This document shows positions 1-9,792 of a DNA stretch of 30,889 nucleotides, in pieces. Each line of letters starts with the position of its first letter. The stretch's first letter is position 1. Both the position numbers and the translations under genes were made by a program. The stretch is from a virus (taxonomy: Duplodnaviria; Caudoviricetes). A model generated the notes under the pieces. That model made no database searches. It saw only the letters and a program-made list of their open reading frames with translations, and was not told the origin of the DNA. The DNA lies in IMG/VR virus record IMGVR_UViG_3300033507_000092, positions 1 to 30,889 of that record; one strand, 5' to 3'.

Positions 1-1
1 C

Positions 2-1387
2 ACGCCCGCCACCACGCCCAACGCCACGCCCGCGCAGCCCGCCGACACCGGCGCCGCGCAGCAGCGCAGCACGCCCGATGCGGCTTCCGTCGCCGCCGAC
101 ATCACCGAGCTCTGCGTGCGCCACGGCTTGCCGAAGCTCGCCGCCGGCATGATCCGCGGCGGCCAGACCATCGACCAGGCCCGCGCCGCCGTGCTCACCG
201 AGCTGGCCACGCGTGACGCCGGTGCCGGCGGCCACCGCAACGTCAGCCGCGTCGACACCGTGCAAGACGAAATGCAGACCCGCATGGCCGGCATCGAGCA
301 GGCCATCCTGCACCGCATCGCCCCGGGCACCGCGCTCGACGACAACGGCCGCACCTACCGCGGCATGTCGCTGCTGGAAATCGGCCGCAGCTTCCTGGAA
401 GCGCACGGCCAGCAGACGCGCGGGCAAGACCGCATCACCCTGGCCGGCCGCATCCTGCACTTCCGCAGCCCCGGCATGCACGGCACGGGCGACTTCGCCA
501 GCCTGTTCGCCAACGTGGCCAACAAGCGCCTGCGCGGCGCCTATGACGAGAACCCCGGCACCTACGCCATGTGGGCCCGGCGCGGCCCGAACGCGCCGGA
601 CTTCAAGAACATCAGCGTCGTGCAGCTCAGCGGCGCCCCCACGCTGCTGCAGACCAACGAACACGGAGAGTTCAAGTACGGCACCATGAAGGACGCCGGC
701 GAGACCTACGCCGTGCTCACCTACGGCCGCATCGTCAGCCTCACGCGCCAGGCCATCATCAACGACGACCTGCGCGCCTTCGACCGCCTGGTCTCGGCCT
801 TCGGCTTCGCGTCGCGCCGGCTGGAGAACCGGCTTGTGTACAGCCAGCTCACCGCCAACGCAAACATGGGCGACGGTGGCGCGCTGTTCAACGCCACGGC
901 CGTCACCACGGCCGGCGGCCACGCCAACCTGTTCACCACCGGCGCCAGCGCCCTGCAGACCAGCGCGCTGATCACGGCGCGCACCGCCATGCGCCGCCAG
1001 AAGGGCCTGAACGCGGAAGAGCTGAACCTGGCGCCTTCGTACCTCATCGTGCCGGCATCGCTCGAGCAGACGGCCTACCAGCTGACGAGCAACCAGTACG
1101 CGCCGGCCGTGAAGAGCGAGATCAACGAGTTCCGCACCGGCGGCCGCACGTCGCTGGAACCGGTGGTCGAGCCGCTGCTGGACGACAACAGCGCCACCGC
1201 CTGGTACCTGGCCGCGGCCACGTCCCAGGTCGACACGGTCGAGTACTGCTACCTCGACGGCGCCGAAGGCCCGGTCATCGAATCCGACGTGGGCTTCGAG
1301 GTCGACGGCGTTTCCTACAAGTGCCGCCTGGACTTCGGTGCCAAGGCCGTGGACTGGCGCGGCCTGAGCAAGAGCGCCGGCGCCTGA
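2..1387 (+). CDS. Major capsid protein, C-terminal part of a probable prohead protease/major capsid fusion (5' partial)
   Basis: Frame open from base 2. Motifs DFASLFANVANKRL, YGRIVSLTRQAIINDDL and YKCRLDFGAKAVDWRG are typical of Mu gpT-like capsid domains in protease-capsid fusions. A Pro/Ala-rich linker lies upstream. Confidence 0.9.
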   Translation, partial: TPATTPNATPAQPADTGAAQQRSTPDAASVAADITELCVRHGLPKLAAGMIRGGQTIDQARAAVLTELATRDAGAGGHRNVSRVDTVQDEMQTRMAGIEQAILHRIAPGTALDDNGRTYRGMSLLEIGRSFLEAHGQQTRGQDRITLAGRILHFRSPGMHGTGDFASLFANVANKRLRGAYDENPGTYAMWARRGPNAPDFKNISVVQLSGAPTLLQTNEHGEFKYGTMKDAGETYAVLTYGRIVSLTRQAIINDDLRAFDRLVSAFGFASRRLENRLVYSQLTANANMGDGGALFNATAVTTAGGHANLFTTGASALQTSALITARTAMRRQKGLNAEELNLAPSYLIVPASLEQTAYQLTSNQYAPAVKSEINEFRTGGRTSLEPVVEPLLDDNSATAWYLAAATSQVDTVEYCYLDGAEGPVIESDVGFEVDGVSYKCRLDFGAKAVDWRGLSKSAGA

Positions 1388-1423
1388 CCCCCTGAACGCA
1401 ACCTGATGACCTGAAAGGCCACC

Positions 1424-1768
1424 ATGAACAACTACGTGCAAGAGGGCGACACCCTCACCCTGACGCCTGGCGCCAACGTCGCGGCCGGCGCCGGCTACAT
1501 GTTCGGCACCGCGATCTTCGGCGTGGCCACGGCGGCTGTCACCAGCGGCCAACCCGGCGAGTTCATCACCGAAGGCGTGGTCGAGCTGGCCAAGACTTCG
1601 GCGCTGGCCATCGCCACGGGTGACCTGGTGTACTGGGTGCCCGGGTCCAGCGTGGTCAACAAGACCACCACCAGCCAGCGCGCCGTGGGCGTGGCCGTGG
1701 CCGACGCCGCCAACCCCAGCGCCACCGTGCTGGTGAAGCTGGGCGTGCCCACGCTGCCGGGCACCTGA
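1424..1768 (+). CDS. DUF2190-family capsid decoration/cement protein
   Basis: MNNYVQEGDTLTLT...GVATAAV...EGVVELAK pattern; lies directly after the capsid gene. Confidence 0.8.
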   Translation: MNNYVQEGDTLTLTPGANVAAGAGYMFGTAIFGVATAAVTSGQPGEFITEGVVELAKTSALAIATGDLVYWVPGSSVVNKTTTSQRAVGVAVADAANPSATVLVKLGVPTLPGT

Positions 1769-1799
1769 TCGGCTGCCTGACCCGCTGCCTGATCTGCTG
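1764..1799 (+). repeat. Three imperfect 12-bp tandem repeats (CCTGAycbGCTG)
   Basis: CCTGATCGGCTG, CCTGACCCGCTG and CCTGATCTGCTG, starting at the stop codon of the upstream gene. Confidence 0.8.
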
Positions 1800-1810
1800 C
1801 CCACGCCGCC

Positions 1811-2122
1811 GTGAGCCTCGCATCCCAGGCCATGGCCCGCGCCACCGACACGCTGTACGCGCGTTTCGGCGACGCGGCCACCTACACCGACCGCAACGCC
1901 GTCTCCACGCCGTGCACGGTGCTGGTCGACCGCGACCTCACGCGCTACGGCGAAACCGCCGTGGTCAACCAGCGCACCGCCGTCGTTCAGGTGCGCACCG
2001 TGCAGCTGGTCGCAGCGCCGCGCCGCGGCGATACCTTCACCCTGGCCGGCAGCGGCCAGGTGCTGGTGGTCGACAGCCTGCAGGGCAGTGACGAATTCGA
2101 GCACCGGGTGTTCGCGGCATGA
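1811..2122 (+). CDS. Head-tail joining protein (lambda gpFII-like)
   Basis: 103 aa; LYARFGDAATY...PRRGDTFTL pattern; synteny. Confidence 0.65.
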   Translation: MSLASQAMARATDTLYARFGDAATYTDRNAVSTPCTVLVDRDLTRYGETAVVNQRTAVVQVRTVQLVAAPRRGDTFTLAGSGQVLVVDSLQGSDEFEHRVFAA

Positions 2123-2772
2123 CCACCAGCTACAGCATCCAGGTCGACCCCGACAGCGTGAAAGAGGCCGTGAGCCTCTTCGAGTTCGTCGGCGGCAACA
2201 CCGACGAAGCCCTGCGCGTGGCCATCAACAAGGCTGCGCCCAAGGTGCGCACGGCCAGCAGCAAGGCCATCCGCGAACAGGTGCGGCTGCAGGCCAGATA
2301 CGTCAACCAGCGGCTCACCGTCATCAAGGCCACGCGCCGCAACCTGAACGGCCGCATCCGGGCGCTGTCGCGCGGGCTGCTGCTGTCGCGCTTCAGCACC
2401 GACGCGCTGGTCTCCAGCGACAAGGTCGGCTGGTTCCGTCCGCCGCTGGTGCCCAAGCAGGGCATCCGCGTCAAGGTCAAGCCCGACGGCGCGGCCAAGG
2501 TGGTGACAGGCGACACCGACACGCGCGGCAACAATCCCTTCTACATCGTCATCAACGGCGGCCAGAACGTGGCCATCGCTGCGCGCCTGGCAGGGCAGGG
2601 CAGTGGCGGCCGCAAGGTCAAGATCTTCGGCGGCCCGTCGCTCAGCCAGGTGTTCAACACCGTGCGCGACCAGGTCACGCCCGAGGCGGCCGACGTCTTC
2701 GAAGGCGAGCTGCTCGACGCCATGCGCTACCTGCTGGTGAAGAAGTACCCGCCGGAGCCCACCGATGGCTGA
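2119..2772 (+). CDS. Minor tail/neck protein (lambda gpZ-like)
   Basis: Basic 217 aa protein with ALRVAINKAA and FGGPSLSQVF motifs; ATGA overlap with the previous gene. Confidence 0.7.
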   Translation: MTTSYSIQVDPDSVKEAVSLFEFVGGNTDEALRVAINKAAPKVRTASSKAIREQVRLQARYVNQRLTVIKATRRNLNGRIRALSRGLLLSRFSTDALVSSDKVGWFRPPLVPKQGIRVKVKPDGAAKVVTGDTDTRGNNPFYIVINGGQNVAIAARLAGQGSGGRKVKIFGGPSLSQVFNTVRDQVTPEAADVFEGELLDAMRYLLVKKYPPEPTDG

Positions 2773-3175
2773 CCTGGTGCGCGAGCGGCTGCTGGCCAAC
2801 ATCCTCACCGCCGTGGGCGGTGAGTACGGCTTGCCGGCGCCCGAAGACGAGCGCGACCTGCCCGTCACCATCGTGCAAGACGGCAGCGACGAAGCCACCA
2901 CCAACTACGACGCCACCGTCTGCGTCATGCCGCTGAACGTGGCCCGCGCCGAAGCGGCCGCCAGCAGCGACCGCGACGCCATGCGCCAGCAGGCCCACGC
3001 GGCGCTGAAGGCGCTGCTGGCGGCCATGTTCACCGACGAAACCTTCGACGGCCTGGCCGTCGGCATCGACTACACCGGCGGCGGCATCCAGGCCGACGGC
3101 CGGCTCGTGTTCGCAGAGGCTGCCTTCCGGGTGCGTTACCAGCACCTGCGCGGGCAGCCCGACGTTCTGGCCTGA
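2765..3175 (+). CDS. Tail terminator protein (lambda gpU-like)
   Basis: Acidic 136 aa protein between the gpZ-like gene and the tail tube gene. Confidence 0.55.
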   Translation: MADLVRERLLANILTAVGGEYGLPAPEDERDLPVTIVQDGSDEATTNYDATVCVMPLNVARAEAAASSDRDAMRQQAHAALKALLAAMFTDETFDGLAVGIDYTGGGIQADGRLVFAEAAFRVRYQHLRGQPDVLA

Positions 3176-3207
3176 GCCACCCACCCACAGACACCGAGGA
3201 AACACCC

Positions 3208-4203
3208 ATGGGCGCACCCATCATCCGCTACGAGGCCGGCCAGACCGCAAAGGCCTTCGAAGAGATCGTCAACAGCGGCGACGCGAAGACCTACTCGGCC
3301 AGCTTCGCCCCCGTCAGCAACGCGGCCGGCTTCGAGCCCGTCGTGGCGCCCTACGGCCTGCTGACCGGCGGCGCCATCACGCCGCACGCCACCAACGACA
3401 ACGTGGCCGTGGCCGCGCTCACGGCCTGCATGGCAGCCGTGTCGGGCGCCGACACCAGCGGCGTCATCTCGGTGGCCGCGGGAAACGTCGCCATCACCCG
3501 GCCTGCTACGGCGGTGGCGAAGATCTGCAGCATCACCATCACCAGCGCGGGCGCCATCGCCGCCGTGGCGGGCACCGACGGCGCCACCACCGCCTTCAGC
3601 GAAACCCGCGGCGCCGCCGGCGGCCCGCCCTTCATCCCGGTGGGCAGCATCGAAATCGGCCAGGTGCGCGTGACGAGCAACACCGCCGCGCTCATTACCA
3701 CGGCGCAGATCTACACCGTGCCAGGCCTGCACGTCGAGCGCAGCGACTACCCCGTGTACGCGCTGGACTACGCCACCGGCAAGGTCACATTTGCAGAGGC
3801 GCTGCCGCTCATCCACACCGCCAGCGTGCCGAAGAAGGTGTACATGCGCGGTGCCACGCCGCTGTTCAGCGCCATCCCGAACACCAGCGACTGGGTGCCG
3901 GCGGAAAGCACCTACAGCATCACGTCCACCAGCACCTACGACGGCCCGGTGGGCTCGGCCAGCAGCTCGCTTGGCCAGGCCGGATTCACGGCCGTGCTGC
4001 GCGACGGCATCACCGACAATTTCCTGGCCCAGAAGGGCAAGGACCTGTGGTTCGAGTTCCGCCCTGATCGCGACAAGACCGTGCCCAAGCAGCTCACGCA
4101 GGGCAAGCTGGGCATCAGCCGCACCTTCCCCAGCGGCGGCGGCAACTTCAGCGCAGCCTGCACGGTGACGCCGCGCGTCGAGTCGGTGGACGTGCGCGCC
4201 TGA
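3208..4203 (+). CDS. Major tail tube protein (putative)
   Basis: 331 aa, Thr/Ala/Gly-rich, strong GAGGA RBS; directly upstream of the frameshifting chaperone and tape measure genes. Confidence 0.7.
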   Translation: MGAPIIRYEAGQTAKAFEEIVNSGDAKTYSASFAPVSNAAGFEPVVAPYGLLTGGAITPHATNDNVAVAALTACMAAVSGADTSGVISVAAGNVAITRPATAVAKICSITITSAGAIAAVAGTDGATTAFSETRGAAGGPPFIPVGSIEIGQVRVTSNTAALITTAQIYTVPGLHVERSDYPVYALDYATGKVTFAEALPLIHTASVPKKVYMRGATPLFSAIPNTSDWVPAESTYSITSTSTYDGPVGSASSSLGQAGFTAVLRDGITDNFLAQKGKDLWFEFRPDRDKTVPKQLTQGKLGISRTFPSGGGNFSAACTVTPRVESVDVRA

Positions 4204-4205
4204 CC

Positions 4206-4676
4206 ATGCTCGACCTGCAGGCCTTTCTGAGTGCTGCGCTGCAGCCCCGGCAGCAGCGCGTTCCGGTGCCCGAGCTGGCGCACTGGCTGCTGCCGGGCGC
4301 CGAAGCCGTGTGGGTGGTGCGGGGCCTGACAGCGGCCGAACTTTCCCGCGCCAACCAGGCCGCCGAGAGTGGCCTGGCCAACGTGCGCGCCCTGGTGGCC
4401 GCGCTGGCAGGTGACGCGGCCAACAAGGCCGCCACCATCCGCCAGACGCTGGGCCTGAGCGACGAAGACGTGCCGGCCGACGTCAGCCGCCGCATCGAAA
4501 TGCTGACGGCCGGCAGCGTGAGCCCCGTGCTGGGCCCCGACAACCGTGACGTCGCCGTCAAGCTGGCCGAGGACTTCCCGGGCCAGTTCTACGCGCTCAC
4601 CAGCGCCATCGTCAACCTCACGGGCCAGGGGTCCGAGCCGGGAAAGCCGAAGCGCTCTGGGTCGACCCCGGCGTAA
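4206..4676 (+). CDS. Tail assembly chaperone (gpG equivalent)
   Basis: Lies between tail tube and tape measure genes; VWVVRGLTAAEL motif; G-GGA-AAG slippery site near its end. Confidence 0.8.
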   Translation: MLDLQAFLSAALQPRQQRVPVPELAHWLLPGAEAVWVVRGLTAAELSRANQAAESGLANVRALVAALAGDAANKAATIRQTLGLSDEDVPADVSRRIEMLTAGSVSPVLGPDNRDVAVKLAEDFPGQFYALTSAIVNLTGQGSEPGKPKRSGSTPA

Positions 4677-4828
4677 GGGCCGCCATGGCCCTGTGCTCAG
4701 AGCGCGGCAGGTTTCTGTTCGAAGTGCGCCCCGACCTGTTCCCCGAAGCCATGCTCGGCCACACCGAGACCGATCTCTGGGGCCGTTGGTACGAAGAACG
4801 CGAGCGCCGCAACACCGCCCGCAAGTAA
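4640..4828 (+). CDS. -1 frameshift extension of the tail chaperone (gpGT equivalent)
   Basis: GGGAAAG at 4640-4646 is in the lambda G/T register. The -1 frame reads KAEALWVDPGVRAAMALCSERGRFLFEVRPDLFPEAMLGHTETDLWGRWYEERERRNTARK to TAA at 4826-4828. Confidence 0.85.
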   Translation, partial: GKAEALWVDPGVRAAMALCSERGRFLFEVRPDLFPEAMLGHTETDLWGRWYEERERRNTARK

Positions 4829-4840
4829 GGACCCCCCGCC

Positions 4841-7609
4841 GTGGCCGACGCGCAGCGCACCATCGATCTGATCTTCAACGGCGTCGACAAGACCGGCGCC
4901 GCGACGCTGAGCGCGCTGAACAACGTCGACAAGTTCGCCGGCAACGTCCAGAAGCTCACCGAACCCATCGCCGACTTCACCCTGGGCGCGGTGAAGCTCG
5001 AGGCCGGGCTGCTGGCTGCCGGCTTGGCCCTGACCACCTTCGCGGTGAAGACGGCCGGCGACTTCGACGCCAGCTTCCGCCAGATCAGCACCCTGGTCGA
5101 CGCTTCGGCCGAAGACCTGGAAGCCTTCCGCCAGGCGGTGCTGGAATACGCCAGCGGCAGCACCAAGCCGCTGGCCGACATTACCGCGTCGCTCAGCGCC
5201 GCCATCGGTTCCGGCGTGGACATGGCCGAGTCCCTCAGCCTGCTGGCCGTGGCCGAAAAGCTGGCCGTGGCCACGCGCGCCGACCTGACCAGCACCACCG
5301 AAACGCTGGTCAGCACGCTGAACGCCTACGGCCTGAAGACGGGCGACGCCGGCAAGGTGTCCGACCTGTTCTTCCAGACCATCAAGGACGGCAAGATCGA
5401 GATGACCGATCTGTCGGCCAGCCTGGCGCGGGTGACGCCCATCGCGGCCACGGCCGGCATCAGCCTGCAGGAAGTGGGCGCCGTCATCGCCACGCTGACG
5501 GCCGGCGGCATGCAGCCCTCCAGCGCCATCGACGCGCTGCGCAGCGCCATCACCAACATCATCAAGCCCAGCGAGCAAGCGAAGAAGCTGGCCGAAGAAC
5601 TGGGCATCCAGTTCAACGTGCAGGCGCTACAGAGCAAGGGCTTGTCGGGCGTGCTGGACGACGTGGCCAAGGCCACTGGCGGCAGCGCCGACAAGATGGC
5701 CATCCTGTTCGGCGACGTCACCGGCCTGGGCGCCGTGCTCTCGTTGACGGGCAAGCAGGCCGACACCTTCAAGGACGCGCTGGTGTCCATGGGCGACGCC
5801 ACGGGGTCGGTGCAGGCCGCCTTCGAGAAGATGGCGGGCTCGGTGGGCGAATCGAGCCAGCGGGCCGTGAACGCGCTGACGGCGCTGCTGGTGGGCATCG
5901 GCACGCCGCTGCTGGACGAGTTCGGCGGCATTGCCAACGCCGTGGCCGCCATCTTCACGGCGCTGGGCGCCAGCGTGAAGAACGGCGGGCTGAAGGACGT
6001 GGTCGGCTTCATCGAAAGCCTGTTCGGCGACCTGCAGAGCACGCTCGACAAGGTGGCGGCGAACCTGCCGAAGGCGCTGGAAAGCGCCGACCTGAGCGGC
6101 TTCACGCGCGGCATCCAGGCCGTGGTGGAAGCCTTCCGCAACCTGTTCGGCGGCATCGACCTGACCACCGTCGCCGGCCTGACCCGTGCCGTGGAGCTGG
6201 CCGGCGCTGCCTTCCTGGGCCTAAGCCGCTTCACGGCCGGCGTGGTCGAGAGCTTCGGCCCGCTGTTCGACTTCCTGGTCAAGCTGGGCGGCCAGATCGA
6301 CAAGGTGAACCCCGACTGGCTGGAATTCGCCGGCAACATCGGCGGCGCGGTGACGCAGTTCAACCTGCTGCTGAGCGGCATTGGCGGGCTGGTACCGGCG
6401 TTGGAGGTGCTGGTGGGCCTGATGGTGGCCCGCAACGGCCTCAGCCTGCTGAGCGCCGTGAGCACGCTGGCCGCGGCCATGCCGGCGCTTACGGGGGCCC
6501 TCACGGTGGCGGGCGTGGCTTTCGCTGGGGCCTTCGCCATAGAAAAGCTGTACCAGATCGTCACCGGTGTCCTGCAGCTCAAGGAAGCCAACAAGCAGCT
6601 GGCAGAAGCCCAGGACCGCGCCCGGACATCGGCCGCGCAAAGCACTGAAACCCTGGACCGCTTCAACGAGACCACCGGCCTGACGGCGACCACGTTGGAC
6701 GCCGCGATTCAGGCAATCGACACAGGCGCGGTGGTCTGGAGTACCGCGGCCAATGGGTGGGTCTTGGTGGGTGACGCGCTGGCCGATGCCGGCGACGCTG
6801 CCCAGGGGGTGGCCGACCCCTTCGGCGAGGCCAACCGAGCGATGCTTGATGCGTCAGAGGCAGCCGCCAAGGCCGAGGACGCCGCGCAGGGCCTGGGCGC
6901 CGCCCAGAAAGACGTCGGCACCTACACGATGAAGATCGTGGAGATCGTCGATCAGGCCACCGGCAAGATCATCGGCTACGAGCAGCAGCTGGTGCGCACA
7001 GAGGGCGCCGGCCGTAGGCTGGGCCAGGCCACGGCCGATGCGTCGAAGGACCTGAAGACGTCGGGCGACGTCATGGACGCGCTGAGCCGCAAGACGGACC
7101 TGACCAACAAGGAACTGATCGAGCTGGCGAAGAACGTCAAGGACGCCGAGATCAAGCTCGAAGAGATCGCCAGCAACGAGCGCATCAAGAACATCGAAGC
7201 CCAGGTCTCGCTGAACATCGCGCAGCTCGAGGCCGACACCGAACGGGTGAAGGCGGCCTTCAGCAGCATCGACAACACCGTGAACAGCACAGGCGATCTG
7301 CTGGGCGAACTGTTCGGCCTGTTCGGCGACTTTGACAAGCTGAGCTTCAGCACCACCAACAAGATCGAAGACCAGATTGAGCTCGAGAACAAGCGCCGCG
7401 ATGGCGCGCTGAAGCTGCAGAAGGACCTTACCGAAGCGCAGATAGCCAATATCAAGGCGCAGACGCAGAAGATCGAGACCGGCGACGCCTTGATAAAGGT
7501 CGACGGCGCCGGCCTGCAGCCGCACCTTGAGGCGTTCATGTGGGAGATTCTGCGGACCATCCAGGTGCGGGTGAATCAAGACGGTTTGAAGATGCTGCTG
7601 GGCACCTGA
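4841..7609 (+). CDS. Tail tape measure protein (TP901-family core)
   Basis: 922 aa, helical and Ala/Gly/Leu-rich; STLNAYGL...SDLFFQTIKDGKIEMTDLSASLARV motif. Confidence 0.92.
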   Translation: MADAQRTIDLIFNGVDKTGAATLSALNNVDKFAGNVQKLTEPIADFTLGAVKLEAGLLAAGLALTTFAVKTAGDFDASFRQISTLVDASAEDLEAFRQAVLEYASGSTKPLADITASLSAAIGSGVDMAESLSLLAVAEKLAVATRADLTSTTETLVSTLNAYGLKTGDAGKVSDLFFQTIKDGKIEMTDLSASLARVTPIAATAGISLQEVGAVIATLTAGGMQPSSAIDALRSAITNIIKPSEQAKKLAEELGIQFNVQALQSKGLSGVLDDVAKATGGSADKMAILFGDVTGLGAVLSLTGKQADTFKDALVSMGDATGSVQAAFEKMAGSVGESSQRAVNALTALLVGIGTPLLDEFGGIANAVAAIFTALGASVKNGGLKDVVGFIESLFGDLQSTLDKVAANLPKALESADLSGFTRGIQAVVEAFRNLFGGIDLTTVAGLTRAVELAGAAFLGLSRFTAGVVESFGPLFDFLVKLGGQIDKVNPDWLEFAGNIGGAVTQFNLLLSGIGGLVPALEVLVGLMVARNGLSLLSAVSTLAAAMPALTGALTVAGVAFAGAFAIEKLYQIVTGVLQLKEANKQLAEAQDRARTSAAQSTETLDRFNETTGLTATTLDAAIQAIDTGAVVWSTAANGWVLVGDALADAGDAAQGVADPFGEANRAMLDASEAAAKAEDAAQGLGAAQKDVGTYTMKIVEIVDQATGKIIGYEQQLVRTEGAGRRLGQATADASKDLKTSGDVMDALSRKTDLTNKELIELAKNVKDAEIKLEEIASNERIKNIEAQVSLNIAQLEADTERVKAAFSSIDNTVNSTGDLLGELFGLFGDFDKLSFSTTNKIEDQIELENKRRDGALKLQKDLTEAQIANIKAQTQKIETGDALIKVDGAGLQPHLEAFMWEILRTIQVRVNQDGLKMLLGT

Positions 7610-7613
7610 CGCC

Positions 7614-7967
7614 ATGATGTGCACTCTGTCGACACCGGCCTATGACTTCGACGGCGTGGTCACGCTACGCCTGTCGGCCCTGCCGCAGCCCGACGGCGTG
7701 CGGCGCCGCGTCAATCGCATTGCCACCCTGGACGGCGGGGTGGCCGTCAACGACTTCGGCTTCGCCGACGCCGACCGCACGCTGCTGCTGCGCTGGGCGC
7801 CAACCGGCCAGGCCCAGCACGCCGAGATCGATCGCCTTGTGCAGACCTACCCACTGCTGCAGGTGGCCACGCGCGACGGCGTGTTCTTGGCCGCACCAGA
7901 GACCTACGTGCAGGGCACCGAGGAATCTAGCCTGCGCCTGCTGGTCACACAGAAGCTCTCTGCCTGA
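7614..7967 (+). CDS. Distal tail (Dit-like) protein, putative
   Basis: Follows the tape measure gene; RRVNRIATLDGGVAVNDFG motif. Confidence 0.5.
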   Translation: MMCTLSTPAYDFDGVVTLRLSALPQPDGVRRRVNRIATLDGGVAVNDFGFADADRTLLLRWAPTGQAQHAEIDRLVQTYPLLQVATRDGVFLAAPETYVQGTEESSLRLLVTQKLSA

Positions 7968-7979
7968 CAGGAAACCACC

Positions 7980-8369
7980 ATGCCCGCACCGACCATTGCC
8001 ACCTACTCCGTCGCCGCCCTGGTGGCGGCGCATACCAGCTTTCGAGACCTGATCGACAGCGGCAGCGCCGCGGGCAAGATCCGCATTCGCGATGCGGCCG
8101 ACGCTCTGCTGGCCGAAACCGTGCTGGCCGACCCGTGCGGCACGGTGAACGGCACCACCGGGCAGCTGACGTTCAGCGTGGCCACGCAGGAGGACGCGGC
8201 CACGGCAGGCACTGCGGCCTATGGCGAATTCGTGGACAGCGACGGCGACGTGCACCTGGCGCTGCCTTGCGAGGCCGGGACAGCGGCGGTATCTGGCAAG
8301 CTGGTGCTGAACAGCCTGACGCTGGTGGCCGGCGGGCCGGTGAACATCGTCAGCGCGACCATCGGGTGA
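7980..8369 (+). CDS. Virion structural protein (tail tip region)
   Basis: 129 aa, beta-rich (GQLTFS...AGTAAYGEFVDSDG); good RBS; tail module position. Confidence 0.6.
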   Translation: MPAPTIATYSVAALVAAHTSFRDLIDSGSAAGKIRIRDAADALLAETVLADPCGTVNGTTGQLTFSVATQEDAATAGTAAYGEFVDSDGDVHLALPCEAGTAAVSGKLVLNSLTLVAGGPVNIVSATIG

Positions 8370-8373
8370 TCTG

Positions 8374-9792
8374 ATGGCGGTGACCTGGGTCGGAGGCGGT
8401 CCAGCGGTCTTTGCCGCCTTCGGATCCAGCACAGTTTCTGGAGCCGCCCCGGCCGGGATTGCCGACGGCGACGTGCTGCTGGCGTGCGTGTTCGGCCGCG
8501 GAACGATCACCCCACCGTCGGGGTGGACCAAGCTGCGCGAGGTCGAGTTCTCAAACCCGGCCTTCATCCAGTACGTCGTCCTGTTCTCGAAGGACACCGT
8601 CACCACGGCGGACGCAAGCGCAACCTTCACCTTCGACGACGATTCCTTCAGCCGCTGCGGGCTGCTGTACGCCGTCGCCCGTGGCGTGGACGGCGAGGTC
8701 ATCGGCGACGCCGCGGCCAACAGCGTGGACAGCTGGTCGATCACGCCGGCATCGGCAACGGCCGGCGCCGATGGGTCGATGCTCCTTGTGTTCGTCTCGC
8801 AGATTTACCCAGGAGACGTAGCAACGCCAACGCCAACGCCGCAGGCGTCGTTCACGCTGTTCAGTGGCGCCGCACTGGCCGACTACCGCCTGGCCGGTGC
8901 GTATCGGTCCGTGGACACCGGGCAGTCGAACTCCGGCGCGTTCAACATGGACCCGGCCGGTGCAAACCCTATTGCGGCCGGCTATGCCTACACCAACGGC
9001 CTAGGCGCCATCACGGTGCTGCTGTCGCCGGCTGGGGGCGGTATCGCGCCTGTAGATGGCATCGCCGCGGCGCCCGGTCCTCTCGGCGCTGCGGCGTCGC
9101 TGGCGCTGGCGTCCGTCTACGTGCGGTCGGCAGCGCCAGGGCCGCTGGGAGCGCCGCTGGTGATGGCGCGGCAGTCTGCGGCGCTGCTTTCAGTGCCGAG
9201 CATGCTGGGTCAGGCAGCAGCCCTGGCGGCGCACGACTTCACCAGCAGCTTCGAGGGCCAGCCGCTGCGCTACGTGATGGACCTGATATTCCCGCCCGCA
9301 GGAGCAGAGAGGGTGCCGATAAGCTCATGGCAGGCCACCTTGCAACTGGACAGGGCCCAGTACGTGCAGTGCGTGGTGCCAGCCTGCGAGCCCTACGTCG
9401 ACCAGATCAACGCCGCGCCCACGTTCCGCATCAGGCGCCGGGCCCTGCTGCCTGACGGTCAGCCGTTCGAGTACGACATGGCCGTCGCGCCGCTGCAGAC
9501 TGTGCAGATGGCGCGAGGCTCCCGCAACTACACCGCCACGCTGAGCGGCTATGCCCCGCCGGCTGAGGCCGACGAAGACCCGCCAGAGGCCACGGCGCGC
9601 ACGCTGCGTGACGTGCGCAGCGTCACCACCCAGGCAAGCGGCATCAGGGTCAGCTGTGCGATCGACTGGCTGCTGCGGCCGGGCCAGATCGCCTACGTTG
9701 ACGGCGTGCCGTTCGTGGCCAGCTACATCAACTATTACTGCAGCGACGGCGACCAGTACATGGACGTCGGCGAGCGCACCGAGGCCGGCTGA
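8374..9792 (+). CDS. Tail tip protein with a beta-sandwich-like N-terminal part and a hub-like C-terminal part
   Basis: 472 aa. N-terminal PAGIADGDVLLA...TPPSGWT motif, a repeated AAPGPLGA linker, and C-terminal DWLLRPGQ. Coupled to the next gene via TGATG. Confidence 0.55.
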   Translation: MAVTWVGGGPAVFAAFGSSTVSGAAPAGIADGDVLLACVFGRGTITPPSGWTKLREVEFSNPAFIQYVVLFSKDTVTTADASATFTFDDDSFSRCGLLYAVARGVDGEVIGDAAANSVDSWSITPASATAGADGSMLLVFVSQIYPGDVATPTPTPQASFTLFSGAALADYRLAGAYRSVDTGQSNSGAFNMDPAGANPIAAGYAYTNGLGAITVLLSPAGGGIAPVDGIAAAPGPLGAAASLALASVYVRSAAPGPLGAPLVMARQSAALLSVPSMLGQAAALAAHDFTSSFEGQPLRYVMDLIFPPAGAERVPISSWQATLQLDRAQYVQCVVPACEPYVDQINAAPTFRIRRRALLPDGQPFEYDMAVAPLQTVQMARGSRNYTATLSGYAPPAEADEDPPEATARTLRDVRSVTTQASGIRVSCAIDWLLRPGQIAYVDGVPFVASYINYYCSDGDQYMDVGERTEAG

